Below are positions 1-13,514 of a stretch of 64,000 bases of DNA, in pieces. This stretch comes from Lepidodermella squamata (taxonomy: Eukaryota; Animalia; Gastrotricha). The position numbers and the translations under genes are program-made. The notes under the pieces are model-generated. The model saw nothing but the letters and a program-made list of their open reading frames with translations. It had not been told where the DNA came from and made no database searches. Position 1 is the stretch's first letter. Every line of letters starts with the position of its first letter. The stretch spans positions 62,001-126,000 of the forward strand of contig JBLDXI010000009.1 in NCBI GenBank assembly GCA_047495785.1, read 5' to 3'.

Positions 1-1289
1 TTCCGTTTTCCCACATTTTCCTCAAACCAAATGGTCATCTCGTCCTATATGCGGCAGCAGATGACTATGCACGCAGGATGATCTTCTCGAGCGAAAATCA
101 ATCGAAATATTTCACTATGTTCCACGCGTTCCAAAGCCTGGTTGATTAAATCATGCAACCCCTTGCAAAATGAGTAAACTCTTCAGTCATAATAAATGCA
201 TGAGAAAATCAGATCTTCACTACCGGATGGGTTGGGTGGACAATTTAAGGTATCATTCTAAATGAAAAATTATTAACCCTTGTATATTGGAGAAGAATTA
301 TCGCCCGAATCAGGGAATTTTACATCTAATAATGCAGGTCGACCTCATTTTATCTGGAGTGGAATATCGGCGGCGTCAAGCATTCACCATCCGAAGCTTT
401 CGAGCTATTTTTAGGTAGAATAGCTCTTTGACTTGCCGACAGTTCAAACTGTTAAATCTGTCAAACAGTATAAGTCGGCGTTATTGTTCAAAGAGCATCG
501 ACGTATTCATCGAATATCGATGTATTTGAAACTATACATTCAAAAATAATTAATAGTAATGTTTTTATTTATCCTCTCTCTTAGACTTTTGCTTCTATAT
601 CATTTCCGGTTTTGGAGAGGTCGAAGTCAAGCGAAAGATGGAAATCACCCACCCCCACCGCTGAATATCTTCCTCTTCCCAAGAATTCGTATTTATCAAG
701 CGAGTTGACAATCGTGCGCCATTCGTATCGGTCAAACGATAATAATTCTGTCAATGGAAAATCAGAAATAATTTTGATTTGGAATTCATGTTTTTCACCG
801 TGTTTTTTTCTTTTTAACCGGTTTTTTATCTTTTTGTTTTTGGGTTACCTTTTCTTCGGCGAACCTCCTTAACAATGCCAAGAACCTTGTGTAGACTTCT
901 CTTGGTACAGTCTATCCACCTGGTTCGGGGTCTGCCTTTTGGGGCAAACCATCCGAACGGAGGAGACCATTTTGTCACTTTTTGTTTCCGCTCTGCGGTG
1001 TTATTCTTCATTTTCGATCCTCATCATCGTTCTCGATACACACGAATAATAAAATGCGTGTTTATTATAGGTACGCTTTTGAGATTCCCGTGCTGTGCGC
1101 ACGCGTGAACAGCAACTAACATCGACTTATTGCGCCTTCTTGAGTAATGCACGCACACACAGTATATTCAAAAAGGAATAAAACATGAATAAAAAATGCA
1201 CCTTAATAATTTTCAAATTGAAATTTGTCGAAAGCTTATTGGCTCGTCAGTGACTCTAAAAGCCAGAAATTAGTCTATAAAAGGGAAAA

Positions 1290-1395
1290 AATGGAAGAGC
1301 TAAGGAAGAAGAGGTGGAAGACAGAAGGAAGAAGGAAGAAGAAGGGAAGAGCAGAGAGATGGAAGAAAGGAAGAATAAGAGAAGGAAGAGGAAGA
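1290..1395 (+). repeat. GA-rich low-complexity tract
   Basis: Degenerate GAAG/GGAAGA purine run upstream of Lhx1/5. Confidence 0.7.
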
Positions 1396-2067
1396 GCGTC
1401 GTTGCCAAGGATTACGGATTACTCTCAACTCTCAACGCTGAATGACTTCGTCTCGCCAATTCTTTAAGCTTCTATTTTGAATATCTCCGGTCCGTGGGTT
1501 AATATTTATGTAACAATAAACAGAGAAGGAATAGATGTTGCCGTTTGAGGAATAGAGGATGACATGAGGTCCTAATCGTTTTCGCGAGTCGCACGTTGAT
1601 GTACATGGCGCTAATAAAATAGCATCAGATCTAGCGAATAATTTCACAGCTCGTGTAATTGTTGTTTGATAAACTGCGGCTCTGGTGATGGTGATGGTTG
1701 CAGTAAGGTTTTATTCAAGCCCACGTATTCGACGTCAAGTAGGATAGCTAATAAGCCAGCTAGCTACAAGAAAGCGCAGCCACGGCGAAAGCTACTGGTG
1801 TTGAGTTGGCCGGAGAGCACGCGGAGCGTTGTGTTGCCCGAGCGCGTTGTCCCTCGACGCCGGTGGCTGGCAAGACGACAGTCTTTTTTACGTTCGCGAG
1901 GCTCTTTTCAAGCCTGCGCTCGTTTATGCATCAACGGCGGTGCTGGCACATCACAACACTACGCGCTGCGAGTAATAATAATAATAATAAATAATATGAG
2001 CGCGTAGGCACTGCGCCTCAATAGTACAGCGCTAAGCCGCTACAATGACAAGTAGCGCACTCGAAAG

Positions 2068-2104
2068 CAGCCAATCAGCGTCGAGCTCGGCTAAGCTCCG
2101 CCCC
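2068..2104 (+). promoter_or_regulatory. Candidate Lhx1/5 proximal promoter (CCAAT box plus GC box)
   Basis: AGCCAATCAG followed by CTCCGCCCC, ~500 bp upstream of the ATG. Confidence 0.4.
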
Positions 2105-2599
2105 TCGCCATTGAGCACTACATACTAAAACCGACTACATACTTAGCTACTATATACTACTCGCGCAGCAACGAAGAAGAAGAAGAGGCGAGACATTTAC
2201 GCTTAATCGAAAATGATTTCGATCAGTGTGTTGCCGAGCTGGCATGCGACTGATACGTCAGGGAGCGAGCGCGGCTGATTTCGCGGCCGCATTATTCCGC
2301 TGCGCTGCCTGTTGCCATCCGTCGACAGCTGGCCGCCGCGCCGCGCCCAGTTCGTCGCCTGGCCCGCTTTGTCGGCTCGACGAAACTAATTAAGTTTCAG
2401 CGTCACGGTTTTCCATCTTTTCACGCCGTCAACTTGTTCAACATCATCACTATCTTTGACTACAATAGCTTCATACACTGTCAAACACCAAAACCTACCA
2501 GTTTCACGACCTAATTCATATTATTATTAATTATTTTTTAGGCGTTTAGAAGTAGGCAATTGAAAGTAGTTCGAGAGCTAGTTTGCCGTTAGTGGCGAC

Positions 2600-5500
2600 A
2601 TGATCGGAAACGAACTGGTAGCCGTCTCGACACAATCTCCCGCCACTCACCAACAGCCGAACAAGATGGCACCCATGCAGCAGCAGCAAACCGCAGCACC
2701 GCCGCAATCGCCCGCGCCAACTTCGTCGGCGACTGCGCCAGCCTGCGATGCCTGCCAGAAGGTCATCCTCGACCGCTTCATTTGCTTCGTCATGTCTCGT
2801 CCCTATCATCCCCGCTGCTTGGCTTGCTCCGACTGCGGGGCTCAACTCGTCGACCGTTGCTTCGCCAAGTCCGGCAGGCTTTATTGCCGCACCGACTTTC
2901 TCAAGTAAGTGATGCTGCTAACAAGAATTATCTACCCGTTATCATTGCTATATCAAACCTTGATCGATTTCTTTATTTTACCTATTTTTTTCTTGTTACT
3001 TTGCAGACGCTTCGGCGCACGCTGCGGTGCCTGCAGTCAAGCGATCGCGCCGAACGAGCTCGTTCAGCGGACACGAAGCCGAGTTTATCACCTGCCTTGC
3101 TTCGCATGCTGCGTCTGTCACCGGCCTCTTGCAACTGGTGATGAGTTGTACATGGCCGATGAAAACAGATTCGTGTGCCGGGCCGATTTTTTGTCCTCTC
3201 TCGGCCCTAACGCCCCGCCTGGTAGCCACTTGTCAGCCGTTCCACCCGATGGTCAAGCCGATGCTTCCGCGCTCAACGGCGACGATGGTGCTTACCACCG
3301 CAAATTGACAGCCGGTCCGGCAGTGGTCGACGCGAACGGAAATCTGCTGTCGATGGCTCCAGGTTTGTTTATTTTCCCGAGTTTCGTTCTTGTGTTTTTG
3401 TTTCTTCATCATTCTCCCAGAAATATTACCATGAAGATACTTAGGTTGAATACTTATTATTTTAGATACGCATCAGACTTATGTAGGTATACCGTGGCCT
3501 GGCCCATTGGCCTGTTATGAGTAGGATGAGTTCGCAAAGATGAGATATCGATACACGATACACTTTGGATACACTTAATTGGCTCGCGCGTGTTAATTAG
3601 AAGTGGGCGAGGTCGCAGCGCGTTAAACTTGGCCGAGCGCATGCGCTGCGCTGGCTCGGCGCCGGTTCACGGGCAAATAACAACACGGCGGGCGCTGCTT
3701 ATCGCATTATGTGGCGCGAGGCGGATCCGTGTCCCGATCGATGCGCGCTTGTTGGGCGGCGGCAGAAAGCCGGTCGGCAAGCCAGCATATGCCCACAGAC
3801 AACTGTTCATCGGGCGTGTTTACAAGCAGCAACTTTCCATTTCAAGTAGCGGCATCGTCGCAGCTGCTGGCTAAACGCGATCCGATCTACATTCTAATGT
3901 TATCATCGTCGTCGCCACGAGCGCCATCGATGCGATAATGCTGCGCCGGCGCCAGTCGATTGTCGTCGCTCGCTGTAATTGAATCAATCGATAATGGAAA
4001 TCGGCCCGTTTGCAATTAGTTTTTTTGGTCGCGGCGCCACCAGCGATGTCATCTCAAGCCCGTCTCGGCGCCCTGCCGCGCGCGCCGCCGGACGTGCCCG
4101 GCAGCGCCCGGGCCCCCCTTGCGCCTGTCAGCTTAGCGGCCATGAGCCGGCTCAGGCTCGATTAGCCACTCGCAGCCACATAACTGTTTTCCTTGCGAGT
4201 GTTTTTGCAGCCAGGCGTCGAGCGCGGCCACGTCGTCGATGGCCGGTTGTTCGGTGCGCCGCTAATCAGCACGCCGTGAACTCGGCCGCGCTAGGAAAAC
4301 AAAAACACGCGTCCCCAACAACAACAACGTAGGCCGCGAACGTGCTGTCGCTGCTCGCTCGCAGGCGACACTTCAAACATCGCGCGATCGGCCGGCGGTC
4401 AAACGCCCGATCACCGGTCTGCGCCATTATTTTTAGAATTTCATCATTTCATCCGTTCAAGTTCCCTGATGGTGTGGTACAACGTATAGTCAGTCGCTGC
4501 TTCGATCATCAGCTCGCTGTGGCGGTTAATGGTTCATCAAGTGCCCTCGTGCGACAGGTGCTGTAATTGCGGCCGGCCACCACCGGCAGTCGTTGGGCCC
4601 CTCTCGAGCGAGTGGCGATTTAGCGCACGAGCTCGCGCGCGCATAAGCGCCCGTCATCACCGGTCGGCAACGCTGCCACTCAGATGGCCATCAACGCGTC
4701 AAGCTGCGCGCTGAAAGAAAAAAGCGCGTCGACGTGCGTGGCCGGCTCGTGACCCGCGCGCTTTCCGCCTGCCACTCGCGACAGCCGTTCACGCGCCATT
4801 CACGCAGCCCGGTCGAGCGCGCGCCACTCGACGCCTGACTATTTGTCAACCACGTAGGTGCGAAGCGCTTCAAGTGCCCCGCCTTGTTCGCACGAGTTCA
4901 CGACGGTCGGGCGATTGCGCGCGCGCGAGAGAGAGAGAAAGATAGATGGCTAGGCAGCGCGGGCTAAAAAAATCCGTTCTATCGATTTTATGACACGCTG
5001 CCTTGCCCTAATCCGTGCCTGGCAGCTGCCGCGAGCCAGGCGGGGCTTCATGGCGCTGTCAAGGCTCGATTACAAGCTCACTCGTATTTATGACTAGTTC
5101 AGTGTCAAGCGCCGACCGACGGCGCCGATCAGCGCGTGATGGATTATTGATGCGCGGCAGGCTCTATAACCACTCAATTTGCAAGCGATTCGCGCCGTGA
5201 TCGGGCGCTGCTGTTGGTGAGAAGAGCTGTTAAGAGCGCAGCAATCGTATCGTCTTCATCAACTCAGCGTCTTGGCAGGGCTGCTAGCAAGGCGCGCAAT
5301 TACGGCGCGGATTTACACCACCCCGCTTCTTCATTTACACATCGCCGGCTGCAGCTTGCCTGCCTGCCTGCCTGCTTGCCTACCTATTGCTCCGGCTGTT
5401 TACTGCTTGCTGCAGAGCAGCGGGCGGTGCTCGTGTCTGCGCCTGCCTCTCCTAGCAAGCAACAGTAGCAGTATCGGCCGATTTTTCTCGTCGGCTGCGC

Positions 5501-7472
5501 ACTCGATTGGCGAACGCGCCTGCGCTACTGCGCTGTTGATGTGTAAATTTATTGTAGGCGCATTCAACAGGAAAACCGCACCGCGCCGCCTTCGAGGTGC
5601 GATCTCGGCCCGTTGAGCGAAAATCGCCGCTGAGCATGCCGTCATCGATCTGCCGTTGCTGGCATCGCGCGGCTGTTCCGTTTCCGGCCGCCTATCGGCG
5701 CTTCCGGCGTGCGGGCGCCGCGCTCACCTTCGCGCAATGTTCTCAGGCTCACACGCGCGCGCCCGCGTTCCTGCCACCTTATTAGACCAAGTTCCGTTCC
5801 TCTTCGCACACGACAAGAGGCCTGAGCGTGTGGACGCTAAGTTCACACAAGATTTCAAAGCGATAGTAAAGACGAGAAAAGAGAGTAAAAGTAACAAGAA
5901 AATCTTCGAAATGTCTCAATTAAGCAGTGAGATGATTTCGATTAAAACAAATTATTAAAAGGACCAATTTGAAGCTAATTTGAAAGTAAAAATAAGAGAA
6001 AAGGGTGATTGAATAGTCGAGAAAGCATAAAATAATATAGCAGCTGACAAAAAAGCCTAATAACGAATTTTGTTTAAACAGGAATCGAAAATGGACCCAT
6101 GCTGCAATGTGATTTTCCGGGTGCTGCGCCACATCACCACGGGGGCTTCATGGTCGGAAACGCTGAAATAGCATCAGATGCCGTCATGGCCATGGGCGGA
6201 CTCGGGCAGCGCCATTCAGACTCGATGGGAATGTTCACTGGCGGCAATGGAGGCCCAACCCCTGGCAGTGACATGTTTAACGCCGCGAATCAACCCGACT
6301 TTTCCTCGACACAGGCACCACCTCAAGCGCAACCACAAGCCGCGCCGAATCCTCCCAACACCCGGCCAGGGGGTGGGGCGCGACGCAACAATTCAAGTCA
6401 TAGTAGCAAGCAGAAAAACGGCGGATTGGCGTTGAGCAACAGCAATAATGGAGATGACAGTCATCAGGCGCCAAGTCAGCCGGCGAAGCCAGCGCGTTGT
6501 TTGCCGGCCGGAAAAGCTGCCAAGGAGCAAGAACCCAGCCACCAAAGGCACCAAGATCTCGATTTAGATGGAGGCGCTGATGATTTGGCGGGTTTTAGTG
6601 ATGACGACTCGCTGTCATCCTCAGCCCTAATGGGTGAAGGTTCGTTGGACTCGGACGGCGAGTCGATCGACGGCGACGGCGCCATCTCGCCAAAAGCGCG
6701 CAAAAGCCGCACTCGCTCAAAACCTTCACTTGATGACTCCAATAACATGGGAGATTCGTCTGGTGCCCTCGAAGCCGGGCTAAACCGGCAGTCTTCGTCA
6801 GCCTCCGGATCAGGCACGCCTGGCGTTACGACCGGAAAGGACGGCAAGCGTCGGGGACCACGTACTACAATCAAAGCGAAACAACTCGAAATGCTCAAAT
6901 CGGCGTTCGCGGCGACGCCGAAACCGACACGCCACATCCGTGAGCAGCTGGCTGCCGAAACTGGTCTCAATATGCGGGTCATCCAAGTATGGTTTCAAAA
7001 TCGCCGATCCAAGGAGCGGCGCATGAAGCAGTTGTCAGCCATGGGAGCGCGGCGAGTATTCCTGCGCAACCAGCGCCGGCCTCGACCGTTCGCCGCCGGG
7101 GCAGCCGACGCAGCCGAAATGATGCAGCATGCAGGCGGTGTCGGTCCGGGCGGGGCGCTAGCTTACTACCCGGACGGTTCGGCTGCCGATTTCTACGCGG
7201 CGTCCGTTGCTGCTGCCTATCAGCAACAGCACGGCGCGCCACCGCCCGGCGCCCTCGACCCCTCTGCCATGTATTTTGGTAACCAACAAGCGGGCGTCGT
7301 CATCGGAGAGCCTGTCGGTCCAGGGTTCAGTGGACTCGGCTCGCCTCCGGGTTTGCCAGGTCAACCAGGCGGTAATGCGCCCGACTACGATCCAGTTTTG
7401 CACTACGGCCAAGGAGTCATGGGAGTCATGGGCCAGGAACCATCGCCTGCTAACGCCCTTGCTTGGTCTTGA
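2600..7472 (+). CDS. Lhx1/5: LIM homeobox protein Lhx1/5 (Lim1); exons 2600-2904, 3007-3362, 6082-7472
   Basis: Two LIM domains (CDAC...[10 protein letters not shown]; CGAC...[10 protein letters not shown]) and homeodomain [59 protein letters not shown], typical of Lhx1/5. GT-AG junctions keep the frame. The exact start Met is uncertain. Confidence 0.95.
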
Positions 7473-8357
7473 GCCGCCATTTTGCTTGTGCGCAACAGTA
7501 TTACGAAGCGCCCTCGCTCCCAAGCATTGTCGCTACAACGGGGGTATGCGGAAAGAACCTCTTTGTGATAAAACGACGAGAGAAAAACTTTGAATATCAT
7601 CGACATCAAAATAGATATTTGTTGATTTATATAAGTGGAAGTGACTTATTTTATAGCGGAGCCTTCAGTAATGCCTCAGCTGTTAGGTTCACAGTCGCTT
7701 TGGACAATCTTTACGATTAGCGATCTAGCGATGACACCAAACGCAGTATAGAATGACGCGACTCTCCTCGTTCTTTTTTCACGTAGCTCGATTAGATTTT
7801 CGAAAGTTACCTAATCGTAATTTATCTCGCGATGATGGCCTTCATTTTTATATAATATTATAAACAAGGAACAGGTTTAGCTATTGAATCATTTATTGAA
7901 ATGCCGTTCTTCTTGCCAAAGAAACGAACATGCTTTTGCAATATTCCATGTTTTTACTTGAATTTTTAACAATCGACATATCATGATCATTTATTATACC
8001 GTTATCATATACATTGTTTATAAATACCGATCTTATTGCTGTCTTTTATATTGTTATACTTATTATTATTAAATCTTTATTTTGCGGATTGATTTCCACC
8101 CCTTATAATAGTGTCCTCCGACGGGTTTTACCTCTCTCATTATTGCTGTACCTTCCCGTTCGTTTCTTCTTGCGACCACTGAAAAATCTTCCACCAATTT
8201 CAAGGGTTCGAAGTTTGAAAGCCGTCGGAATGATCATGAAAATGCGGCGGTTTTATGTGTTTTTGCGGTAATACATAAAATAATAGCTTATTCGGAAAGC
8301 TTGCGATCCCACACCATTTACTGTGTCATCGTCGTCGTAGCTGGATGTGTCGGATTT

Positions 8358-8953
8358 AAAAAATGTTCTTCGGAGTTTCAATGAGAAAATAACAATAAAA
8401 TCATTTTAATGATTACAAAAGATAATGCAACGTGTATGTGTTTTGCATAGACAAATAATAAGAGACTGGACACTCACGCTTATTTAATACTGCCGAAATA
8501 AAAAAATTATCAAAAGGTATCAAAAGAAAGCTCATAAAATTCTGCATCGATCCCATTAGTACCATTCTGGAATCTGAGGTGGGGCAAATTGCAAGGCAGG
8601 CTCTCAAAGTTTTTAAAGCCCTGATTTATGACGAAATCTTTATGATACAGCTTCCAAATTTATATGGTTGAATAGAGCGTGAGCTACTGCCTTTTATGGC
8701 CACGGCTCGTCCACAGCCGATGAAAACTGTCGTTGCAACGCCAGGATATAGTGAGGGCTGAAATTCGTAAATTTCCTTAAAAATGTGCTTAAGGAGGAAT
8801 TTTAAATTGTAAATTCGAATAATTTCGGCAGTATTGCAAAGGCATGAGTGTCCAGTCTCTTATTATTTGTCTATGGTGTTGTGCATACTTCCTTTTAGAT
8901 TTCAGCAAAATAATGTGTCATATAAGTCAGCTCAACTTTTGAATCCAACACAA
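8358..8953 (-). pseudogene. Duplicated 3' end (last codons CVGFKS* plus 3'UTR) of the neighbouring membrane-protein gene, interrupted by a MITE
   Basis: 8358-8445 plus 8876-8953 are near-identical to 9171-9330. Confidence 0.85.
8446..8875. mobile_element. 430-bp non-autonomous DNA transposon (MITE), probably hAT-type
   Basis: 31-bp perfect TIR CATAGACAAATAATAAGAGACTGGACACTCA, extending to 54 bp with 5 mismatches (8446-8499 / 8822-8875). 8-bp TSD GTGTTTTG (8438-8445) / GTGTTGTG (8876-8883). Empty site at ~9253-9260. Confidence 0.88.
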
Positions 8954-9308
8954 ACGGTTTGCCGCCGCGAAAATTCAATTTCTGCCATTCACTTTTGTTT
9001 CTGCTCATACCTAATTTACAGAAATAAATTTCCAATTATTTTTCTTTCATATTTCTGTACATGACATAAATTTCGAATTTCTTCAACCAGAAATCCCAAA
9101 CCGGCGCAGAATTCTAAAGAAGAAGAAGAATCCGCTTTCGGAGCGCACGTGAAAGAAGAAAGAATAAAGAAAAAAATGTTCTTCGGAGTTTCAATGAGAA
9201 AATAACAATAAAATCATTTTAATGATTACAAAAGATAATGCAATGTGTATATCTGTTTTGCATACTTCCTTTTTAGATTTCAGCAAAATATAATGTCTCA
9301 TAATCAGC

Positions 9309-10412
9309 TCAACTTTTGAATCCAACACAAGTTGAAAATATCCACAAAACCTTTGGGTCTCTATGCAAAATTGCCAACATGGTCGTAATGACTACAAGCA
9401 GCAGCGTGCAAAGCTCAGATCCCATTGATGCAATGTAAAGTACAGCTCGTATTTTCACATCTAGAAGTTCTTTTTTAAGGAGTATACCTTGCACGAAGAA
9501 GAGCCCGCCGAAGCATATCAGGGTTAGGGTAGCTAAGCCGCGGAAAACGAACAGATGTTCATCGTCATCGCGCATTATCCCCCATGAAAACAGCATGTTT
9601 GACACCGTCAATTCTACCATGCAATACATCGATGAGCACTGAATGATATACACACGAGAGGATGATCAATAATTCAGGAAAAAATTATGGAAAAAACAGA
9701 CCAGGTGCACGTATTTGGAGATAGTTCGAGGTATGCACGTGTTGAATCCAAACCACGTGAGACGATCTTCGAGCTCGACTGTTTTGTACACGATAACAGT
9801 TGTATACCTCAGGCAGCCGGTTTCATCATGGATGTGGGTTCTTTCGGTTTTGCCGTACTTGAAACGCGTCGTTTCTCCGTGAGTAGGGAATAAGCCTGGT
9901 AAAAATTAAAAAAATTCGTCGATAATGATAAATGATGTGAAAAAGCTATAACCGATGAAGGCGAAAGAAATTGCAGATAACAGATCACAAATCCACCATG
10001 TTAATTCTGCGGCACTGGCATGGCGATATGAAAATTCCCTGGATAACAAAATGACGAGACCAATGGAAAACAGTATGCTACAAGCAAGGAGAAATCTGAA
10101 TTGGTTAGCCGAAGTATCTGAGCAATGCAAACTGATAGTGTCATTTTTCCATTCATATATTCCTCCTTCTTCCCGTATGTCTCCAACGACATCGTAAACG
10201 TATAGACCAATGATAACAATTAGGGCTACGACAATCATGAAAACGGGCACGTATGTTATGCTGAAAGTCGATTCGCGAATCGTGACGTCCACAGGAATAC
10301 TTTGGTTGTGGAGCCGGTCTTTTAACTCTTCAAATGTTTCGTTGCCGAGTCGCATTTCCACCCGAGGTATGATCACACCAGCCAGAATAACGAAAATCGC
10401 TAGCGAGGTCAT
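9309..10412 (-). CDS. Uncharacterised multi-pass membrane protein, paralog A; exons 10412-9953, 9895-9702, 9638-9309
   Basis: Signal-like N-terminus, about 6 hydrophobic helices, frame-preserving GT-AG introns, strong similarity to paralog B (ESTFS.TYVPVF, DTISLHCSDTS.NQFRFLLA, G.FPTHG, AILHRDPKVLWIFSTCVGFK). Confidence 0.85.
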
Positions 10413-11206
10413 TTCTCCTAATAATTTCGCTGCTCAACCGCAGCCAGTGTGTATCTATCCGCGTCTTATATTACAATATTATAATATAGGCGGAAAGCAG
10501 GATGGCCGAGAGGATCAGCCAAGGATTTTCGTGACTCGAGCTTAGCCGTAGGAATGCAATAAAAATTCAATACCTGTATATTTTATTAAACTCCGCTAGA
10601 AAATCGATTGACTAGCGAATATAGGAAATGATAGGAAATAACACGTATTTGTATTTGAGTGCTCATTATTTCACCTCACACGGTTCCAACGCGCTCATAT
10701 AACCATGTCTATAAAATTTATGAATGAAACAAACATAACAATTTTGAATAATACGATTGGCTGTTTGATCCTTTATTATATCGATATCTTTTGCAGAAAT
10801 AACGAAATAACAGAAAAGCTAAACATGAATAAATTTTGCGCATTATTTTGTGCAAGCCCAACTGTCTCCTCTATTATAAGTCACCGTTCGCAATGAAAAC
10901 TGGAACCAGGGCCATCAGTGAGCATTGTCTGACGGCTGAAGCTTGGTAGTAGCAAAAATACCAGTAATATTAAGCAATGAGTAATTCCAAATTTCCAAAG
11001 CTCAGGCCATCAAGAAAATATATCACTCTCATAAGCATGGCATAAATTTGCATCAAGACCAGTGAAAAACATGTCATCTAAAATGTTAAAATTAGTTCTA
11101 GGAGATATGACGGGCTTGGATGGATTTGCTGGGTACGATGCTGGGTTGGAAGAGTATAAACTGCATTGAAGCTGAGCGAAACAAGCTGTTGTCTTATCCT
11201 GCGTAT

Positions 11207-12352
11207 TCAGGTTTTGAAACCAACGCAGGTCGAGAAGATCCATAAAACTTTCGGATCGCGATGGAGAATCGCTATCATAGTAACAATGACTGCACTGAGC
11301 AAAGTAGCCAGCTCGGAACCCATGGATAGCAAGTATAGAATTGCTCGGAGTTTCGCTGGAATCATCTCGCGTTTCATTAAAATGCCCTGAATGAAAAACA
11401 GCGAGCAGAGTGCCACGAGCGTGAAGGTACTGAAGCCACGGAACAACACAATGTGATCGTCATCGGGCTTCATCGATAGCCAGCTGAACACCATGTTTGA
11501 TGCAGTAAGTTCGATCATGCAGTACATCGCCGTGACCATGTGTATCCACTTCGAAACAGTTCGCGGTACGCACGTTTTCCAGCAAAACAGCTTCAAATGA
11601 TCATCAGGGACAACAGTCTTATATATGATGACTGTGCTACAACGAGTACATCCTGAATCATTGTCAGGACATTGACTTCGCTGTACTTTGCCGACTTGGT
11701 GCCGTGTTGTATCGCCATGAGTTGGGAAAATTCCTAAACATCAGAGTTATCATTCTCAAGTTTTGTCTTCAACTATGTGAACTAACCAATAAATGCGAAT
11801 GACACAGCTGCGATTAAATCGCATACCCACCAAAAGGTTTCGATGGGAGACTTGTATCGATACTTGGATTCACGGGCTAGCAAAATGATGAGGCCAACGC
11901 TGAAGAAATAACAGCTGATAAAATAACAGAAAAGCTAAACATGAATAAAGGAACCTGAAGAAAATACTCGCCGCCAGCAGAAATCTGAATTGGTTAGTCG
12001 ATGTATCTGAGCAATGCAAGCTGATAGTGTCATTTGTCCAACTATAGACCCCACCCTCGTCGATAATATCGCTGAAAACGTCGTAGACATACAAGCCGAT
12101 GATGATAATCAAGGCGACGACAATCAAGAATACTGGAACGTAGGTTACACTGAAGGTCGACTCGCGAGCATCATTTGGGTCGACAGCCAGAGCTGAACTA
12201 TTGATCTTCAGCGGTAGCACTTGTTTCAGTACTTCGACGGTGGCATTTTTCAGTCGCTTTTTGGCTACCGAATCCTCGACAGTTTCACTGAAGGCACCGG
12301 AGGCGATTGATATAAATACAAATAACGTTAGCAGTAAATACCGCCTGCCCAT
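11207..12352 (-). CDS. Uncharacterised multi-pass membrane protein, paralog B; exons 12352-11955, 11899-11787, 11733-11207
   Basis: Signal peptide MGRRYLLLTLFVFISIASGA, same motif blocks as paralog A, frame-preserving introns. Confidence 0.87.
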
Positions 12353-13514
12353 CTAATTATTAGGAAAACACATGGCAAGTTTAAGCATTTGGCAACAGGT
12401 AAAAAAATGGCTGGCGTAAGTTGAAGACGAATCGCTGATCTTTCTTATTCCCATTATACACTGCGTCGCGATCTTGATGACGCAGTAATCAGAGGGATTT
12501 GGGCTTTTACCCAACTTAGATCTCTGAGTCGCTCTGGAGCTCTGGGAAATCATGAGATTATGAAAAAAGGAACGCCTGTGGTTTGTAATTATGAACAGCA
12601 AAGGATTCATCTCGCCTGCTGCTGATGATGTATAGGCATTCATGAGCGTATATCATTTAAAGTGAATACTCATACAAAGATAGGCGTGCATTTACCATAG
12701 TATTACAAGTACTAATATCAATAGAATGCTTCGTTGCTCCTTCGTCTCAGCAATGCATACCTAGATGTTTTTTATGTAAAAACTGTAAAAAAAAAAGAGT
12801 AAAGACTGCTGGCCGCTCACTCCCGTGCGCGCTTGCTCACTCTATCGGCGGCGAAACCACCACGAAAATAAATAGGTGCACAGAGTTTTTTACAGCAGCT
12901 GCATTATATACCATGAGGCATACATCATGACCGGCGTAGGCATCATCTACAGAATACTTCAACAGAAGTCAGCTACCTCGCTACATCTATGGGTCATCGT
13001 CCCTCGCTCCTTTAAACATTCATAATTGATTACAGTTTGATTTAATTAATACCTCCGACTAGATAAGTTTCGCAGAGAGCTTATTCCACTTGCGGCCCAC
13101 CATAAAATCGCGACATGTGGATCGTGAAACGCATCGAAGAAATTTTCTGAAAATATATGCATCTAGCGATCCGTGTAGTTGGTGAATTAGCCATAAAATC
13201 TGATGCAGATGCATTTTCCGCCTTTACCAGTTTCAACTATGAAGAATGAATTGGGGTTTACTTATCTTCGGCTAAGACATCAGAAGAAACTATAAGTAGC
13301 GAATCCCAAAGCCCTATTAGCTGTTATATATTGTACAATTTTATTACGAGCTCTTTTCGCAATCGGTGTTGGGAATTCCAGTTTGTGATACGATTAAAAA
13401 AGGAAGCGATCATTACAGTGGCATATCGGATTCATGAAAATAACTGCAAAGTTTGCCGAAAAGCCGTGCCTGAGGCGTTTCAAAATAACATATGTTCAGC
13501 CAGAAGGGATAGCA

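Noticed and set aside
435-480. Small imperfect hairpin (GCCGAC...GTCGGC)
   Set aside because: Too short and loosely paired to call an ncRNA.
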